DNA of 64,000 nucleotides from Mycoplasmatales bacterium (GCA_965222545.1 OZ244954.1:160639-224638), one strand, 5' to 3'; positions 1-10,412 are shown, numbered from the stretch's first letter. Translations and numbers: made by a program. Notes: a model not told the origin generated them from the letters alone.

Positions 1-699
1 CAAAATACAATTGCTAATTATTTTGTTGATTGTGGATTAAAAAATGATAAAGATGCAAGTAAACACCAAATAAGAATTGGAACAATGGTAGGATTTAAGT
101 CAATTTTCTTAAAAGCCGCAAATAATCGTATTATTTGTAAATCTGCAGATAACCGGGTAAATGCAGGTATCATATTATCAAATATTGATAAAATTAAACA
201 AATTGCTAAAGCCAATGATGTTAAGATTACTATTTGTTTTAGTGTTCAAGAAGAAATTGGTCTAAGGGGGTCAAAAGTTATAAATGAAAATACTGATCCA
301 GATGCTGTAATAGTTACTGATATCACACCTTCATTTGAAACTATAGATTCTACAACAAATACTAATTATGCAAAAATGGGTCAAGGTCCAGATATTAGAG
401 TTAAAGATGCTCAATTTATTACTCCACAAAACGTTATTGAATATATTGAATCTTGTGTTAAAGAAATTGGTATAAAAGCACAATACACAATATCTGCTGG
501 AGCAATGGATTCTGCTTCTGTTTCACAAGGAAAAAATGGTGTAATAACAATTCCTTTAACTTTTTGTTATCGTTATAATCACGGACCTAGTCAACTATTT
601 GATTTAGATGATGCACAAAATTTTGAAAGACTATTACTTCAAGTACTTAAAAAACTAGATACAAAAAAAATTAATTCACTAGGTAATAGGAATTATTAA
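1..699 (+). CDS. M42 family metallo-aminopeptidase (FrvX/PepA-like), 5' end outside window
   Basis: Frame is open from base 1 into track ORF 85..699. The ICFSVQEEIGLRGSKV motif is typical of M42 peptidases. Confidence 0.7.
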   Translation, partial: QNTIANYFVDCGLKNDKDASKHQIRIGTMVGFKSIFLKAANNRIICKSADNRVNAGIILSNIDKIKQIAKANDVKITICFSVQEEIGLRGSKVINENTDPDAVIVTDITPSFETIDSTTNTNYAKMGQGPDIRVKDAQFITPQNVIEYIESCVKEIGIKAQYTISAGAMDSASVSQGKNGVITIPLTFCYRYNHGPSQLFDLDDAQNFERLLLQVLKKLDTKKINSLGNRNY

Positions 700-708
700 A
701 GGAAACAT

Positions 709-1914
709 ATGGATGATCTAAAAAAAGAACAAGCAAAAAGATTAAAAAAACAATCAAAAACAAATATTATTTTAAATAAATTTCAGCAACGAGCAAAAAA
801 TACAAAAAACTCGTCTTTTTGAGATGAAATGAAAACCACAGAATCATCTTCTGGACATAGAAAGATAGATAATAGTAAATATAGATTAAGTACAATTATT
901 AGTCCTTTTCGTGGGAAGAAAAAAGAAATAAAAGAAAATAATACTGAAATAGAACGTGTAAAAATAGATATTGAAACAGACAATAACCAATATAATGAAC
1001 TAGAAACAAAACTGATAGATAATAATAAACCTGAACCTGGAATAACTAATTATATTAACAATGAAGACAACTCCAATGTCGAAAATAATATTAACGAAGA
1101 TCTTATAAGTAATAATGAATCTGAAGCTATTAATGATATAGATAAAGATGTTGAAACAAATAATGAAGATAATGTTTTTAAAACGGATAATGAAATTAAT
1201 GATTTTATAGATAATAATAAATTTGAATCTATTAACAATATAGACAAAGATATTGAAAGAAATAACGAAGATAATGTTTCTAAAACAGATAATGAAATTA
1301 ATGATCCTATAGATAATAATGAATATAAAACTACTGATTATGTTGATGAAGAAAGCAATTTTAAAACTGAAAACAATATTAATGCTAATCTTGTAAGTAG
1401 TAATGAACCCGAATCTATTAATGATGTAGATAAGGAAACGGAAATAGATAACAGAAGTAATTATTTTATAGATAATAATAAATCTGAACCTGAAACACCT
1501 AATTATATTAATAATGAAAATAATTATGAAGTTGAAAATAACAGCAATGAAGATCTTATAAGTAATAACAAATCTGAATTTATTGATGAACCAGAAACAG
1601 ATGACAACATAGATAATATTTCTGAATTTGATAATAAAAGTGATACTTGTGTAGATAATAATCCATTTGAAGATACTAATTATAATATTAAAAAAAATAC
1701 TTCTGAAATTAATAATAATGTAAGCAGAGACACTTTTGATAATAGTGAACTTGAAATTACAAATTATGTAGATGAGGATAATAGAATAAGTGATGAAGAA
1801 AACAGTTCTGAAATTAATAACAAAACTAATGATTTTGGAAATGAAATCGAAGAAAAAGAAGAAGAAGAAAACAATGATGAATCAAAAGATTCTGATTCAG
1901 TTCTTTTTGATTAA
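709..1914 (+). CDS. Highly acidic Asn/Asp/Glu-rich internal-repeat protein, unknown function
   Basis: ATG 709 follows AAAGGAAAC and joins track ORF 829..1914 in frame through one TGA. Basic N-terminus, then degenerate ~34-aa and longer repeats (NEDNV.KTDNEIND.IDNN). No TM or signal sequence seen. Confidence 0.6.
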
Positions 1915-1916
1915 TC

Positions 1917-2918
1917 ATGACCCTTACTAAATATTCAGCTTACTACTTCCATAAAACTAAGCATATTATGAGTAATTATTGTAAAAATGATGAAATGGTT
2001 GCTCAGTTTTATCAAATGAATAATGAGTTTTGTTATTTATCAGGTATTAAATATGTTTTAAAAATTTTAGAACCTTTTAAAAATGAAATAATAATAAAAT
2101 ATTTAGATGACGGAACAAAAATTATTAGGAATCAACCCGTTCTTGAAATAAGGGGAAAATTTTGAGTGATAATTGAATTAGAAGGAATAATATCTGGTAT
2201 ATTAAGCCGTTGTTCTAAAATTACAACAAATGCTAAAAAACTTACTAAATTAGCCTTTCCTTCAAAAATTATTTTTATGTTAGATCGTCAAGATCTTTAC
2301 TTAAATCAAGAATATGATGGATATGCTGCATATGTTGGGGGAGTTAGAAAGTTTGTTACACCAGCCCACCTTCAATTTATTGATCAAAAATCTAACCCAA
2401 TTGGAACCACTCCCCACTCTTTTTTAGCGATGACTCAAGGAGATCCTATAAAGGCTACCAAACTAATGTTTAAATATTTTCCTTTAGAAAAAAATTATGT
2501 ATTTCTTGCTGACTTTAATAATGACGTAATTAATGATTCACTAAAGGTATGTAATAAATTTAAAGAGAAAATTTTTGGAATTAGAGTTGATACATCTAAA
2601 AATTTAATTGATAAATCATTAGTTAATTCAAAAGAAAAAAATATTAATGGAGCATGTCCTGCTTTATTTAAATTGTTAAGAAATAAGTTAGATGAAAGAG
2701 AATTTCAAAATGTCAAAATAATTATTTCTTCATCAATTGAAGAAAAAGAATTAATACAATATAATGAAATGAATGCTCATCCGGATTACTTTGGTATTGG
2801 TACAGCCTTTTTAAGAGGTCAAATTAATTTTACATGTGATCTTTTAATGATTAATGAAAAACACTCTGGAAAAACAGGAAGAATGTATAATAATATTAAA
2901 ATGAAATTTTATAAATAA
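1917..2918 (+). CDS. Nicotinate phosphoribosyltransferase family protein
   Basis: Track ORFs 1917..2165 and 2166..2918 share a frame and are joined by TGA (..GKFW VIIELEG..). GTTPHSF and GIRVDTS segments resemble short NAPRTase/QPRTase-fold enzymes. Confidence 0.55.
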
Positions 2919-3280
2919 TGAAAAATGTTGAAACAATTGGTTTAATAGTTTTAATAATAGTAGGTATTTTAGTACTTTTATATTTATTATTTCTACTGTT
3001 CAAAATTAATAAAACTTTAAAAAAAGTCGACTATGCAGTTGACGATGTTATTTATAAACTAGATTTATTGAATCACCCGTTAGAAACTGTAAAAAAATTA
3101 TTTAATTATATTGATATCTTTGATATAGTAAGTAAAAAAAATCTTCATTCCTTGTTGAAATGATTAAAAAGAAATAACTTTGTACTTTATAAATTTATTG
3201 ATGTTGCTAAAAAAACCGTTAATAAGAATAAAAAAACTGTTTTTAAAACAACAGCTAAGAAAAAGGATATTAATAAATAA
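2918..3280 (+). CDS. Small membrane-anchored protein (DUF948/YtxG-like)
   Basis: ORF 2918..3163 continues through a TGA to TAA at 3278. One N-terminal TM helix followed by a helical tail. Start overlaps the upstream stop (TAATG). Confidence 0.45.
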
Positions 3281-3756
3281 TGAAAATATTTAAATTTATG
3301 TTTTACTCTGGACTAATTTTTAGTGGTCTTGGTGTAATGAGCGAAGATGAAGAAATGCGTAAGTATTTTAGGAGTGTTATAAAAAAACTAGAACCTCAAG
3401 CCCTTGATCTTTTGAAAAAGGTTGACTACATATTAAGTGATATTGAAAATATTAATACTGAAAAACTTGAAGTTGTAAGTAAAAATAAATATAAAGAACT
3501 TAAAAAACTTTTCGATAATATTGATGAGGAAAAAATAAAAGAACTTGGATTAATAACTATTAATAATTTTAAAAATAAACTAAATAATGCAGAAAATGAA
3601 CTTAAAACTGATAAAAGTGAAAAACCAAAAGAAGATAAAGAAGAAAAAGTTAAAAAACAAAAAAAAGAAAAAGTTAAAAAACAAAAAAAAGAAAAAGTTA
3701 AAAAACAAAAAAAAGAAAAAGTTAAAAAACAAAAAAAGAAAAAGTTAAAAAAATAA
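3280..3756 (+). CDS. YtxH-like membrane-anchored protein with Lys-rich C-terminal tandem repeat
   Basis: N-terminal hydrophobic helix, charged helical body, and EKVKKQKK repeated 4 times at the C-terminus. Confidence 0.45.
   Translation: MKIFKFMFYSGLIFSGLGVMSEDEEMRKYFRSVIKKLEPQALDLLKKVDYILSDIENINTEKLEVVSKNKYKELKKLFDNIDEEKIKELGLITINNFKNKLNNAENELKTDKSEKPKEDKEEKVKKQKKEKVKKQKKEKVKKQKKEKVKKQKKKKLKK
3643..3756 (+). repeat. 24-bp tandem repeat GAAAAAGTTAAAAAACAAAAAAAA, about 4.8 copies, inside a coding region
   Basis: Units lie at 3643-3666, 3667-3690 and 3691-3714. The fourth unit (3715-3737) has A7 instead of A8, which shifts the frame to KKKLKK-stop. Confidence 0.9.
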
Positions 3757-3803
3757 ATAGAATGAATTCTAAATATTTTTTTTAAATAATTATTTTTTAA
3801 TAA

Positions 3804-4202
3804 CTAAAATGGAAAGTCAGGATTTTGATCGTTAGATCTACTATATTTTGCTTTATTATTTGCTGAATAAGTATATTTAATTTTTGCCATATGATAAACA
3901 TAACAAAGTATTTGAAATCCAGAGATTATAAATAAAATAACTCCCCCAACAGATACGCTAATTAATACACGTGCTACTGTATCTAAGTTTTTAATAGAAA
4001 ACATTCTTATAAATTGTATACAAATATTAACGTGACAATAACTAATTGGGTATCCCTTTATATATTTTATTCCAGCATCTATATTTTTTTCAGTGAAATC
4101 CTTATCTACTGGATATAGCATACCAACTGATAGTGCTGCAGTTGCTAATATTAATGTTATTAATATTACTCAAAATCAAACACTATTTAATTTTACAGAC
4201 AT
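3804..4202 (-). CDS. Hypothetical membrane protein
   Basis: Track ORF 3804..4121 extends upstream in frame through two TGA codons to ATG at 4202 (MSVKLNSVWFWVILITLILATAALSVG...). At least two TM helices. Confidence 0.45.
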
Positions 4203-4336
4203 TTTAATTCCTTTCTTTTTCATTTTAAAACTATTATCTTAGAATATACTTATATTATAATACTTTTTTTAGTATTTAATAATTATTTTAAATCTAAAAT
4301 TTAATATAATATATAAATATATATTATAATTATTTT

Positions 4337-4561
4337 ATGTTACTTGCAAATTTAAAAAAAGGACAAATTGCAAAGATTATAGCTATTAAAATTAGTTCTG
4401 AAAATAAAGAATTAATGAATTCATATGGAGTGAGAATTGGTAAGGATATTTATATTATGTACAGATCTCTTTTTTCAAAAACAATTGCTTTCGTAGTTGG
4501 AACACAACTTATATGCATTCCATATAAATATCAAAAATTAATTGATGTAAAGATTAGTTAA
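4337..4561 (+). CDS. feoA: FeoA-like small protein
   Basis: 74-aa SH3-like FeoA pattern (KGQIAKI..., GVRIGKDI) sitting directly upstream of feoB. Confidence 0.65.
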   Translation: MLLANLKKGQIAKIIAIKISSENKELMNSYGVRIGKDIYIMYRSLFSKTIAFVVGTQLICIPYKYQKLIDVKIS

Positions 4562-4562
4562 A

Positions 4563-6755
4563 ATGAAAAATAAAATTTATGATATATGTTTTATTGGTAA
4601 TCCTAACGTTGGTAAATCAACAATTTTCAATACTTTATTTTCAAAACAAATATCTAAAACAGGAAATTGAAGTGGTGTTACTTGTGAAAATAAGTATACT
4701 AGTTTAATATCTAAAAATATTACTTTAAATATTATTGATTCACCAGGAATTGATTCTATTTATGAAAATAGTAATGAACAAAAAATTGCTCTAAAAAATA
4801 TTTTAAATAAAAAGACTGATCTTTTTGTTCATATAATTGATGGTACCAATCTAGAACATGATCTATATTACTCATTATTATTAAAAGAATATGGAGTTAA
4901 TTTTGTAATGGTTATAAATTTTGCAGATAAAATGGAAAAAATGAAGTTTTCAATAAATTATCAAAAACTTGAAAAAATATTTGGTACTAAAATTTTAGAA
5001 GTAACGGGATTTAATAAAAAACAAATTGGTATCTTGCCTAATTGAATAATTAGTAATATTAAAAGTAATATCAAAAAATCAAAACACTTTTTTTATTCAA
5101 ATGAATTAAATAATTATTTTTATAATGTTAAACGGAAAATAGTTAAATGTAGTAAGTTTCAAAAATTTATTTCTGAAAAATATACCAACATTAATAAGGA
5201 AGTAATAAATAATTATTACACTCTTGGTATTATTGAAAATAAATATTCACTTATGTCTAATTTATTGTTATCAAATATTGAATTTCAAGATTATTTAAAA
5301 AAAGAAAATACTAAATTAGATAGCGATGAAGTTAATATTAAAAGAGATATTTTTATCAAAAATACAATTAGTTCAGTTGTAAAAAATTATGGTTGTACTA
5401 GAAAACGATTTGCTATAAGTGCAAGAATAGATAAAATTATTTTGAATAGATATTTCGGAATGCCAATAATGCTTGGGATATTATTGTTTTTATTTATTTT
5501 AATTTTTAACTTTACCACTCCTTATAAAAATTTTATTAGTGATTTATTCACCTTATATATTCCTCAGCTTTTACACTTAAATATAAATACATGATACGGA
5601 AACTTGTTAAGTGAAGGAATTCTTAATTCCCTTGGTATTTTATTATCATTTTTACCAGTTATTTATATATTATTTATTTTAATATCAAGTTTTGAACAAA
5701 GTGGTTTAATGGACCGGGTTCGTTTTAAATTAGAAGGATTATTTAATAAAATTGGTTTAAATGGTAAATCAATTGTTCCGTTTGTGTTAGGTTTAGGATG
5801 TAATGTTGCAAGTATTTATGCAACAAAAACAATTAAGGATAAAAAAATAAGGAAAAGAACAGCACTACTATCTCCTTTTATGAGTTGTAGCGCTAGAATT
5901 GTTGTATTTTCATTATTTGCAAATTTATTTTTTGGAACAAATGCTGGACTAATTGTTTTTTCACTATATCTCTTAGGAATATTTGCTGTAATTATATTTG
6001 GATTTATTTGAACATTATTTAATAAAAAAGAAGCTAAACAAATTGCTTATAATGCTTCAATAATTGCTCCTTATAATTTGCCAAACTGAAAAGTTGTATA
6101 TCGATCAGCAAATATTAATGCAAGTGGATATGTAAAAAGAGCAGCAAGTGTTATTTTATTATTTTCTATTTTTATATGAACACTAAATTATTTCCCTATT
6201 CACAATGCAATAAAAAATCCTGATAAATCATTACTTGCGCAATTAAGATATGTTTTACAACCAATATTTACACCATTAGGATTCGGGTTAATATGGCCGT
6301 TAGCAGTTGCTATTATACCATCAATCATTGCTAAAGAAACAACAGTATCAGCGTTAGCATTATTAATTATTCCCACTGTTTCATTACATAAACAAGCACA
6401 TCCTTCTTTTTCGCATGATTTTCTTAATACATTTATTCAAAGCTTTTCAAATTTATTACCAAATCATTGATTTGGTGGTAGTGGTGTCTTTGATATTTCT
6501 CATGATAATGCACTCGGGAACGGAATAATTAGTTTTTTTAAAAATCAAAATATTAATCCTAAATTATATGGTCTTATTGGGTATTCATATATGAGTTTTA
6601 TGTTACTAACTATTCCGTGTGTCACAACCCTTGGAGCTATTAAACATGAATTTGGTTGAAAAACAATGCTTCAATCAATTTTTATTGGAATTGCTACACC
6701 TTATATCGTATCATTATTAATATTTCAAATTGGTAAACTAATTATTCTTCATTAA
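4563..6755 (+). CDS. feoB: Ferrous iron transport protein B
   Basis: N-terminal G domain GNPNVGKSTIFN followed by a polytopic gate domain. Fragments 5253.. and 5604.. share the frame with ATG 4563 and are joined only by TGA. TAA at 6753. Confidence 0.9.
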
Positions 6756-6817
6756 TAGAGAATATTTTTTAAGATATATTAGTTAAAATTTATACTTCTA
6801 TTTGTTATAATTTAATT

Positions 6818-8059
6818 ATGAATAAACCACTTCAAGATTTATATGATTTAAAAATTATTAATAATATAACTAATCTAGAAAAACTTAACAATATAATAAT
6901 TAAAAAAAACAGAGCTGTCTATTGTGGATTTGACCCTTCTGCAAGTTCGTTACATCTTGGTAATTATATTCAATTAAATATTCTTAAAAGACTACATAAG
7001 TTATTTAATTTTACTCCTATTGTAATAATTGGGAAGGCAACCGCTTTAATTGGTGATCCAAGTGGTAAAAAATCAGAACGAATTTTAAAATCTGAAAAAG
7101 AAATATTTGATAACTCAGTTTATATTACAAAACAAATTAAAAAAATAATACCTAATGCAATTATTTTAAATAATTATGACTGACTAAAAAATATTTCACT
7201 AGTCGATTTATTACGTGATTACGGAAAAGATTTTAATGTTAATAATATGATTAGCAAAGAAACAATTAAAAATAGACTAGATGCTGGTATTTCCTTTACA
7301 GAATTTACATATAGTATTCTCCAATCAATTGATTTTTTATACTTATATAAAAATTATGACTGCTACTTACAAATCGGAGGAAGTGACCAATGAGGAAACA
7401 TTACATCGGGAATTAATTATATTAAGAAAAAAGTTAGGAATAGTTTAGCAACAGGATTAACATTTAATTTATTAACAAAAAATAATGGTGAAAAGTTTGG
7501 TAAAACTGAAGAAGGAACGGTTTGGTTGGATAGTTTAAAAACTTCAAACTATCAATTATATCAATTTTTATATAATCAACCAGATGATCAACTAAAATTA
7601 CTATTTGCATATTTAACAACATTTGATAATAAAAAAATTGATGAAATTATTAAATTACATGTTAAAAAACCTTGAAAAAGGTATGGACAAATAACATTAG
7701 CCAAAGAAGTAATTACTCAATTACACACTGAAAATGATTTTGTTTCAAGCGAACAAATTTCTGATGCATTTTTTAATAATAAAATAAAAAGTTTATCTGA
7801 AAAGCAAAGTTATGATCTTTTTGGGTCATTTAATAAAATTACTATTAGTGAAAAAGATCTTCTTTTAGATATCTTGAAAAAAAATAAAGTAACAAATGGT
7901 AACACTGAAACAAGACGTTTTATTGATAATAAAAATATTCGCTTAAATGATGATATTGTTACTGATTACAATTATACATTTCTTTTAAAAAATGCTATTT
8001 GTAATAAGTATTTTTTATTAAAAATAGGTAAAAAGAAATTTTTCTTGTTAAGTATATAA
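6818..8059 (+). CDS. tyrS: Tyrosine--tRNA ligase
   Basis: [15 protein letters not shown] (HIGH region), KFGKTE (KMSKS-like) and a C-terminal S4-like domain. Fragments 6818.. and 7874.. are in the same frame. Confidence 0.9.
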
Positions 8060-8060
8060 A

Positions 8061-8684
8061 ATGAATATTTTTAATAAAAAAAATCTTCCAAATTTTATAA
8101 CAGCAATAAGAATTATTATTGTTCTTATCATGGCTATATTAGGATCAATAATTGTAATGAGTAATAGTAAATATCCTATAAAACATAATTTATCAAATGA
8201 AACTAGTTATTTGTTTTTAATAATCATTATTTTATTAGTTATTGGCTATTTATCTGATTTTTTAGATGGTTATCTTGCAAGAAAATGAAAATGTGTTTCT
8301 CTATTTGGTAAAATAATGGACCCTATTGCAGATAAGTTATTAGCATTTGTAATGCTTATAATATTAGTTTCATTTGGATCAATAAATATGATAGTTCTTT
8401 GCCTTTTCTTGTTACGGAATTGAATTTTGGCAGGTTTTAGAATAAAAGCTGCAAGAGAAAAAAAAGTAATTGCTGCTAATATATATGGAAAAATAACAAC
8501 TATATTAATTGCTTTAACATTAATAATTAGTTCGCTTGTTATTTTATTTATTCCAAGCATTAGTTCATTATCATTATTAAATTCAGATTATTATTTAATT
8601 ATCAATTTAATATTTGTAATACCCTTATTTTTTTCATATTTTAGTTTATTTATTTACTTACGAAGCTTTTTATTGAAAAAATAA
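8061..8684 (+). CDS. pgsA: CDP-diacylglycerol--glycerol-3-phosphate 3-phosphatidyltransferase
   Basis: CDP-alcohol phosphatidyltransferase motif DFLDGYLARKW..GKIMDPIADK. Fragments 8061.. and 8427.. are in the same frame. Confidence 0.85.
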
Positions 8685-9304
8685 AATCTTTTTTTAATTG
8701 TAAGTGGTTTATTGCTAATTAAATAACTGTATATTTTTTTATCAGCAATTCAAGGTTTCATAATTGAAATTTTTATAAATAAAGGATATAAAGTTGCTAT
8801 TACTAAAAAAGTACATATTCCTTCAATTAAGTTAATAGGAAGAGCACTTGCAATTAATGATAATGAATAAATTAATGCATTCTTGTTTGCTCCATAAACT
8901 ATAAAATTAATTGGAAAATTAAATATAAAAATTGTAAATCCAACCACAAACCCAAGTATAGAACTATAAAAAACATTATTAACTAAATATTTTTTAAGTA
9001 TATTAATAATAAATATATAGACACTATATCAAATAAAATATAATATTGCCAATTCTCAATAATATAAGATACCACATATGATTGAATATAGAAGTGTTAA
9101 CAAAAACATTTGTTTTCATTCTGTTACTAAACAAATTAAAAATCAAATTCCCGTTACAAATTCTCACCCATCAAATGATGCATATAGACCAAATTTATAT
9201 TTTGATAATAATAAAAGTGATAAAAAAAGTGATAATTTAACTATTTGCAAAATAGCAATATGTTTATCATAAAAAATTAATTTTCAATTATTTTTTGATA
9301 ACAT
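8654..9304 (-). CDS. Polytopic membrane protein (possibly an ECF-transporter S component)
   Basis: Track ORF 8750..8947 extends both ways through TGA codons, from ATG at 9304 to TAA at 8654. About 6 hydrophobic helices. Both ends overlap neighbouring genes, so the boundaries are uncertain. Confidence 0.4.
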
Positions 9305-9918
9305 TATTTTCCTAAAGATGTTTTTCTAAGTTTAACTGCAAAATGATTTATCTTATTACTTTGTAACTGTTTTTCTGAAAATGAAGTAGAAAGCGGCTTT
9401 ATATTTGAAGGGATTAAATGATTTTTTATTTTTATATTGTCAGATCAAAAATATGTTTCTCATCAATAAACAAATGCTTTTTTATTAGATCAATTTGCAA
9501 TCACACTTTCATTAGTTTTTTCAGCATTTGCAATAATAAAATAATCATTAGCTTGTTTTGATGAATAATTTTTGACATCACTTAAAAATAATCCACTTAT
9601 ATCTTGTCGATATGTAAATAATATATTTTTAACAATTGGTTTATTATCAATATGATTATTTGTATTTTCATAACTTATTATTTTAAAAGTAGTATTAAAA
9701 TTAGAATTATAAGCAATAAAATCTAGATCATAATTATCTGTAATGTTATTATCATTTACCTCTGTATTACTATCAACAGTTAATTCAACCTTATAATTAT
9801 CAACATGATTACCTTGTTTACGTAAAATTATAATAATCGCAGATGATAACGCTACTAGTCCAATTGCAATAGTTCCTAAATATAAAAACTGTTTTTTATA
9901 TTTTATAAATATTTTCAT
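9277..9918 (-). CDS. Hypothetical signal-anchored protein
   Basis: Track ORF 9490..9918 reads through five TGA codons to TAA at 9277. N-terminal TM helix (LYLGTIAIGLVALSSAIIIIL). RBS AAAGGAAAC upstream. Confidence 0.45.
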
Positions 9919-9945
9919 ATGTTTCCTTTTTAAAGGATATTTACT

Positions 9946-9968
9946 AAAAAAACCCTTTTCAGGGTTTT
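9946..9968 (-). terminator. Rho-independent terminator (minus-strand sense)
   Basis: On the minus strand: AAAACCC-TGAAAA-GGGTTTT followed by TTT. It lies downstream of the Cys-rich small ORF. Confidence 0.6.
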
Positions 9969-10146
9969 AAATATTAAATTTGTAAATCAACCCAAAAATT
10001 TTACAAACAACAAGTGTCTGGCTTTACAGTTCTTTGGAGAGCAAACCTAATGGTTTTTCCTTGTATAAAAATATTATAAATTAATAACTAAAAAAAAATT
10101 AATAAATAATAAAATATTGAATTTTTTAAAAATTTAATAAAATATA

Positions 10147-10293
10147 TTATCTACATTTACAATTTGGTGAATCACCGGTTTTACAGCATCCACTATCATC
10201 TTTATTACAATTACATCTACAAGGTTCACATTTAGCGCATCCTTCTTTACAGCAGATTTCTTTGTTTTCACATCCACAATTACAATTTCCCAC
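10147..10293 (-). CDS. 48-aa cysteine-rich, metallothionein-like peptide
   Basis: Absent from the track because it is under 60 aa. GTG start lies 5 nt after AAAAGGAGG (10299-10307). Product is MGNCNCGCENKEICCKEGCAKCEPCRCNCNKDDSGCCKTGDSPNCKCR, with 14 Cys in CxC, CC and CxxC spacing and no aromatic or His residues. Third-position and AAA/GAA codon usage fit this frame better than the overlapping Val-rich frame. Confidence 0.6.
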   Translation of the reverse strand: MGNCNCGCENKEICCKEGCAKCEPCRCNCNKDDSGCCKTGDSPNCKCR

Positions 10294-10308
10294 AACAGCC
10301 TCCTTTTA

Positions 10309-10338
10309 ATATATTATATAATATATTTATTGATTCAA
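10309..10338 (-). promoter_or_regulatory. Candidate promoter of the Cys-rich ORF
   Basis: Minus strand reads TTGAAT (10333-10338), about 16 nt of spacer, then TAATAT/TATAAT. The -10 region sits inside an 18-bp perfect AT palindrome (10309-10326) that abuts the SD. Confidence 0.3.
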
Positions 10339-10412
10339 AATAAATTTAAATTAATAACTATAATAATAATATGTTTTATATAAAAAGAATAAAAAAGTGA
10401 ACACAAAGAAAT

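Noticed and set aside
709-3756. CRISPR-like periodicity in the repeat regions.
   Set aside because: Both repeat sets (the acidic protein and the 24-bp KEKVKKQK units) are in-frame coding repeats without unique spacers. No cas genes are present.
4258-4276. AATACT-T7-AGTATT inverted repeat upstream of feoA, considered as a Fur-type box.
   Set aside because: It is short and AT-only, it does not match the Fur consensus, and no fur gene is seen here.
6756-6817. T-box or other leader upstream of tyrS, and likewise upstream of the alaS/valS ORF at 51969-52009.
   Set aside because: These intergenic regions are only about 60 and 40 nt, too short for a T-box. No specifier or T-box sequence is present.
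8654-9304. Overlaps of 31 nt (with pgsA, convergent) and 28 nt (with the upstream minus-strand gene), considered as meaningful features.
   Set aside because: They depend on my choice of start codon and on read-through of terminal TGA codons. They more likely reflect boundary uncertainty than biology.
9969-10146. Possible 4.5S/SRP RNA or another known small RNA in the tail after the Cys-rich ORF.
   Set aside because: I could not find the conserved SRP domain IV motifs (GGAA tetraloop context, AGCA/GNAR). I also found no tmRNA or RNase P hallmarks. It is reported only as an unexplained structured tail.
10144-10296. Alternative open frame over the Cys-rich locus (TTG start, LWEIVIVDVKTKKSAVKKDALNVNLVDV...).
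   Set aside because: Its start is only 3 nt from the SD. It has twice as many G/C-ending codons, and its AAG-heavy Lys usage is atypical for this genome. It is kept only as the stated alternative to the metallothionein-like frame.
10309-10326. Perfect 18-bp palindrome ATATATTATATAATATAT, considered as a metal-repressor operator.
   Set aside because: It consists only of A and T in a genome where such palindromes arise by chance. It does not resemble CopY, ArsR/SmtB or CsoR boxes that I know, and no regulator gene is adjacent. It is mentioned under the promoter feature only.
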